Origin: Balanoglossus misakiensis
Lineage: Eukaryota; Animalia; Hemichordata
Reading direction: 5' to 3'
DNA length: 64,000 nt
Assembly (NCBI GenBank): GCA_040954595.2
Contig: CM082587.2
Location: 1,013,400 to 1,077,399, forward strand
The notes beneath the pieces are model-generated. The model ran no database searches and was not told the origin of the DNA. It saw only the letters and a list, made by a program, of their open reading frames with translations. A program made the position numbers and the translations under genes. The number at the start of each line of letters is the position of its first letter. The stretch's first letter is position 1. Of the stretch, positions 58,217 through 64,000 are shown piece by piece.

Positions 58217-61200
58217 TCGATTTTTGACGATTTTCCTGAGCTATAACCCATGGTTTTTTCAAAAAATGACCAAATTTTGAAAATTCGCAAAGTCGAAAAA
58301 TCCTCGATTTTTGACGATTTTCCTGAGCTATAACCCATGGTTTTTTCAAAAAATGACCAAATTTTCAAATTTCGCAAAGTCGAAAAATCCTCGATTTTTG
58401 ACGATTTTCCTGAGCTATAACCCATGGTTTTTTCAAAAAATGACCAAATTTTGAAAATTCGCAAAGTCGAAAAATCCTCGATTTTTGACGATTTTCCTGA
58501 GCTATAACCCATGGTTTTTTCAAAAAATGACCAAATTTTGAAAATTCGCAAAGTCGAAAAATCCTCGATTTTTGACGATTTTCCTGAGCTATAACCCATG
58601 TTTTTTTCAAAAAATGACCAAATTTTCAAATTTCGCAAAGTCGAAAAATCCTCGATTTTTGACGATTTTCCTGAGCTATAACCCATGGTTTTTTCAAAAA
58701 ATGACCAAATTTTCAAATTTCGCAAAGTCGAAAAATCCTCGATTTTTGACGATTTTCCTGAGCTATAACCCATGGTTTTTTCAAAAAATGACCAAATTTT
58801 CAAATTTCGCAAAGTCGAAAAATCCTCGATTTTTGACGATTTTCCTGAGCTATAACCCATGTTTTTTTCAAAAAATGACCAAATTTTCAAAATTCGCAAA
58901 GTCGAAAAATCCTCGATTTGTGACGATTTTCCTGAGCTATAACCCATGGTTTTTTCAAAAAATGACCAAATTTTCAAATTTCGCAAAGTCGAAAAATCCT
59001 CGATTTTTGACGATTTTCCTGAGCTATAACCCATGGTTTTTTCAAAAAATGACCAAATTTTCAAATTTCGCAAAGTCGAAAAATCCTCGATTTTTGACGA
59101 TTTTCCTGAGCTATAACCCATGGTTTTTTCAAAAAATGACCAAATTTTCAAATTTCGCAAAGTCGAAAAATCCTCGATTTTTGACGATTTTCCTGAGCTA
59201 TAACCCATGGTTTTTTCAAAAAATGACGAAATTTTCAAATTTCGCAAAGTCGAAAAATCCTCGATTTTTGACGATTTTCCTGAGCTATAACCCATGGTTT
59301 TTTCAAAAAATGACCAAATTTTCAAATTTCGCAAAGTCGAAAAATCCTCGATTTTTGACGATTTTCCTGAGCTATAACCCATGGTTTTTTCAAAAAATGA
59401 CCAAATTTTCAAATTTCGCAAAGTCGAAAAATCCTCGATTTTTGACGATTTTCCTGAGCTATAACCCATGGTTTTTTCAAAAAATGACCAAATTTTCAAA
59501 TTTCGCAAAGTCGAAAAATCCTCGATTTTTGACGATTTTCCTGAGCTATAACCCATGGTTTTTTCAAAAAATGACCAAATTTTCAAATTTCGCAAAGTCG
59601 AAAAATCCTCGATTTTTGACGATTTTCCTGAGCTATAACCCATGGTTTTTTCAAAAAATGACCAAATTTTCAAATTTCGCAAAGTCGAAAAATCCTCGAT
59701 TTTTGACGATTTTCCTGAGCTATAACCCATGTTTTTTTCAAAAAATGACCAAATTTTCAAAATTCGCAAAGTCGAAAAATCCTCGATTTTTGACGATTTT
59801 CCTGAGCTATAACCCATGGTTTTTTCAAAAAATGACCAAATTTTCAAATTTCGCAAAGTCGAAAAATCCTCGATTTTTGACGATTTTCCTGAGCTATAAC
59901 CCATGGTTTTTTCAAAAAATGACCAAATTTTCAAATTTCGCAAAGTCGAAAAATCCTCGATTTTTGACGATTTTCCTGAGCTATAACCCATGGTTTTTTC
60001 AAAAAATGACCAAATTTTCAAATTTCGCAAAGTCGAAAAATCCTCGATTTTTGACGATTTTCCTGAGCTATAACCCATGGTTTTTTCAAAAAATGACCAA
60101 ATTTTCAAATTTCGCAAAGTCGAAAAATCCTCGATTTTTGACGATTTTCCTGAGCTATAACCCATGGTTTTTTCAAAAAATGACCAAATTTTCAAATTTC
60201 GCAAAGTCGAAAAATCCTCGATTTTTGACGATTTTCCTGAGCTATAACCCATGGTTTTTTCAAAAAATGACCAAATTTTCAAATTTCGCAAAGTCGAAAA
60301 ATCCTCGATTTTTGACGATTTTCCTGAGCTATAACCCATGGTTTTTTCAAAAAATGACCAAATTTTCAAATTTCGCAAAGTCGAAAAATCCTCGATTTTT
60401 GACGATTTTCCTGAGCTATAACCCATGGTTTTTTCAAAAAATGACCAAATTTTGAAAATTCGCAAAGTCGAAAAATCCTCGATTTTTGACGATTTTCCTG
60501 AGCTATAACCCATGGTTTTTTCAAAAAATGACCAAATTTTGAAAATTCGCAAAGTCGAAAAATCCTCGATTTTTGACGATTTTCCTGAGCTATAACCCAT
60601 GGTTTTTTCAAAAAATGACCAAATTTTCAAATTTCGCAAAGTCGAAAAATCCTCGATTTTTGACGATTTTCCTGAGCTATAACCCATGGTTTTTTGAAAA
60701 AATGACCAAATTTTCAAATTTCGCAAAGTCGAAAAATCCTCGATTTTTGACGATTTTCCTGAGCTATAACCCATGGTTTTTTCAAAAAATGACCAAATTT
60801 TCAAATTTCGCAAAGTCGAAAAATCCTCGATTTTTGACGATTTTCCTGAGCTATAACCCATGTTTTTTTCAAAAAATGACCAAATTTTCAAAATTCGCAA
60901 AGTCGAAAAATCCTCGATTTGTGACGATTTTCCTGAGCTATAACCCATGGTTTTTTCAAAAAATGACCAAATTTTCAAATTTCGCAAAGTCGAAAAATCC
61001 TCGATTTTTGACGATTTTCCTGAGCTATAACCCATGGTTTTTTCAAAAAATGACCAAATTTTCAAATTTCGCAAAGTCGAAAAATCCTCGATTTTTGACG
61101 ATTTTCCTGAGCTATAACCCATGGTTTTTTCAAAAAATGACCAAATTTTCAAATTTCGCAAAGTCGAAAAATCCTCGATTTTTGACGATTTTCCTGAGCT

Positions 61201-64000
61201 ATAACCCATGGTTTTTTCAAAAAATGACGAAATTTTCAAATTTCGCAAAGTCGAAAAATCCTCGATTTTTGACGATTTTCCTGAGCTATAACCCATGGTT
61301 TTTTCAAAAAATGACCAAATTTTCAAATTTCGCAAAGTCGAAAAATCCTCGATTTTTGACGATTTTCCTGAGCTATAACCCATGGTTTTTTCAAAAAATG
61401 ACCAAATTTTCAAATTTCGCAAAGTCGAAAAATCCTCGATTTTTGACGATTTTCCTGAGCTATAACCCATGGTTTTTTCAAAAAATGACCAAATTTTCAA
61501 ATTTCGCAAAGTCGAAAAATCCTCGATTTTTGACGATTTTCCTGAGCTATAACCCATGGTTTTTTCAAAAAATGACCAAATTTTCAAATTTCGCAAAGTC
61601 GAAAAATCCTCGATTTTTGACGATTTTCCTGAGCTATAACCCATGGTTTTTTCAAAAAATGACCAAATTTTCAAATTTCGCAAAGTCGAAAAATCCTCGA
61701 TTTTTGACGATTTTCCTGAGCTATAACCCATGGTTTTTTCAAAAAATGACCAAATTTTCAAATTTCGCAAAGTCGAAAAATCCTCGATTTTTGACGATTT
61801 TCCTGAGCTATAACCCATGGTTTTTTCAAAAAATGACCAAATTTTCAAATTTCGCAAAGTCGAAAAATCCTCGATTTTTGACGATTTTCCTGAGCTATAA
61901 CCCATGGTTTTTTCAAAAAATGACCAAATTTTGAAAATTCGCAAAGTCGAAAAATCCTCGATTTTTGACGATTTTCCTGAGCTATAACCCATGGTTTTTT
62001 CAAAAAATGACCAAATTTTCAAATTTCGCAAAGTCGAAAAATCCTCGATTTTTGACGATTTTCCTGAGCTATAACCCATGGTTTTTTCAAAAAATGACCA
62101 AATTTTCAAATTTCGCAAAGTCGAAAAATCCTCGATTTTTGACGATTTTCCTGAGCTATAACCCATGGTTTTTTCAAAAAATGACCAAATTTTCAAATTT
62201 CGCAAAGTCGAAAAATCCTCGATTTTTGACGATTTTCCTGAGCTATAACCCATGGTTTTTTCAAAAAATGACCAAATTTTCAAAATTCGCAAAGTCGAAA
62301 AATCCTCGATTTTTGACGATTTTCCTGAGCTATAACCCATGGTTTTTTCAAAAAATGACCAAATTTTCAAAATTCGCAAAGTCGAAAAATCCTCGATTTT
62401 TGACGATTTTCCTGAGCTATAACCCATGGTTTTTTCAAAAAATGACCAAATTTTCAAATTTCGCAAAGTCGAAAAATCCTCGATTTTTGACGATTTTCCT
62501 GAGCTATAACCCATGGTTTTTTCAAAAAATGACCAAATTTTCAAATTTCGCAAAGTCGAAAAATCCTCGATTTTTGACGATTTTCCTGAGCTATAACCCA
62601 TGGTTTTTTCAAAAAATGACCAAATTTTGAAAATTCGCAAAGTCGAAAAATCCTCGATTTTTGACGATTTTCCTGAGCTATAACCCATGGTTTTTTCAAA
62701 AAATGACCAAATTTTCAAAATTTCGCAAAGTCGAAAAATCCTCGATTTTTGACGATTTTCCTGAGCTATAACCCATGGTTTTTTCAAAAAATGACCAAAT
62801 TTTCAAATTTCGCAAAGTCGAAAAATCCTCGATTTTTGACGATTTTCCTGAGCTATAACCCATGGTTTTTTCAAAAAATGACCAAATTTTCAAATTTCGC
62901 AAAGTCGAAAAATCCTCGATTTTTGACGATTTTCCTGAGCTATAACCCATGGTTTTTTTCAAAAAATGACCAAATTTTCAAATTCGCAAAGTCGAAAAAT
63001 CCTCGATTTTTGACGATTTTCCTGAGCTATAACCCATGGTTTTTTCAAAAAATGACCAAATTTTCAAATTTCGCAAAGTCGAAAAATCCTCGATTTTTGA
63101 CGATTTTCCTGAGCTATAACCCATGGTTTTTTCAAAAAATGACCAAATTTTCAAATTTCGCAAAGTCGAAAAATCCTCGATTTTTGACGATTTTCCTGAG
63201 CTATAACCCATGGTTTTTTCAAAAAATGACCAAATTTTCAAATTTCGCAAAGTCGAAAAATCCTCGATTTTTGACGATTTTCCTGAGCTATAACCCATGG
63301 TTTTTTCAAAAAATGACCAAATTTTCAAATTTCGCAAAGTCGAAAAATCCTCGATTTTTGACGATTTTCCTGAGCTATAACCCATGGTTTTTTCAAAAAA
63401 TGACCAAATTTTCAAATTTCGCAAAGTCGAAAAATCCTCGATTTTTGACGATTTTCCTGAGCTATAACCCATGGTTTTTTCAAAAAATGACCAAATTTTC
63501 AAATTTCGCAAAGTCGAAAAATCCTCGATTTTTGACGATTTTCCTGAGCTATAACCCATGGTTTTTTCAAAAAATGACCAAATTTTCAAATTTCGCAAAG
63601 TCGAAAAATCCTCGATTTTTGACGATTTACCTGAGCTATAACCCATGGTTTTTTCAAAAAATGACCAAATTTTCAAATTTCGCAAAGTCGAAAAATCCTC
63701 GATTTTTGACGATTTTCCTGAGCTATAACCCATGGTTTTTTCAAAAAATGACCAAATTTTCAAATTTCGCAAAGTCGAAAAATCCTCGATTTTTGACGAT
63801 TTTCCTGAGCTATAACCCATGGTTTTTTCAAAAAATGACCAAATTTTCAAATTTCGCAAAGTCGAAAAATCCTCGATTTTTGACGATTTTCCTGAGCTAT
63901 AACCCATGGTTTTTTCAAAAAATGACTCTCACGAATTCGAAAAATCCTCGATTTTGACGATTTTCCTGACTATAACCCATGGTTTTTTCAAAAAAATGAA
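58217..64000. repeat. 87-bp satellite array, about 66 highly homogeneous copies, runs to the window end
   Basis: Unit tcgatttttgacgattttcctgagctataacccatggttttttcaaaaaatgaccaaattttcaaatttcgcaaagtcgaaaaatcc; A/T tracts roughly every 10 bp; NcoI site in most units. Confidence 0.99.

Noticed and set aside
58192-63957. Long ORFs on both strands (1531, 627, 453, 402, 309 aa) with 29-aa repeats
   Set aside because: The 87-bp unit is a multiple of three and lacks stops in some frames; indels at about 62720 and 62960 break frames freely and no unique domain is attached, so this is satellite, not a gene

Overview
AT-rich, intron-containing genomic DNA from an invertebrate animal; nothing here looks prokaryotic. 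Seven protein-coding genes can be assembled by hand from GT-AG splice sites: an AJM1-like apical junction protein (-), a membrane-type short-chain dehydrogenase of the BDH1/RDH group (-), a secreted and probably GPI-anchored sphingomyelinase C-type EEP enzyme (-), a 304-aa stand-alone SNX17/SNX27-type FERM protein lacking PX and PDZ domains (-), XPR1 (+), CCDC18 (-) and RPL5 (+). Five consecutive RPL5 introns each carry a box C/D snoRNA of the SNORD65/snR77 family (guide for 18S Um627, yeast Um578), in two subtypes arranged A-A-B-A-B, with flanking intron sequence shared between some introns. Repeats include a 3.2-kb foldback-like element (about 50-bp TIRs, 8-9-bp target duplication, two oppositely oriented hairpin-rich tandem arrays), an 86-bp TTAA piggyBac-type MITE, a 102-bp minisatellite, CAT microsatellites, and a >6-kb 87-bp satellite starting right after RPL5, with a diverged inverted arm and a 23-unit (2001-bp) higher-order duplication. 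The long ORFs over the satellite are artefacts of its 87-bp period. Gene identities come from recalled family motifs, not database searches.
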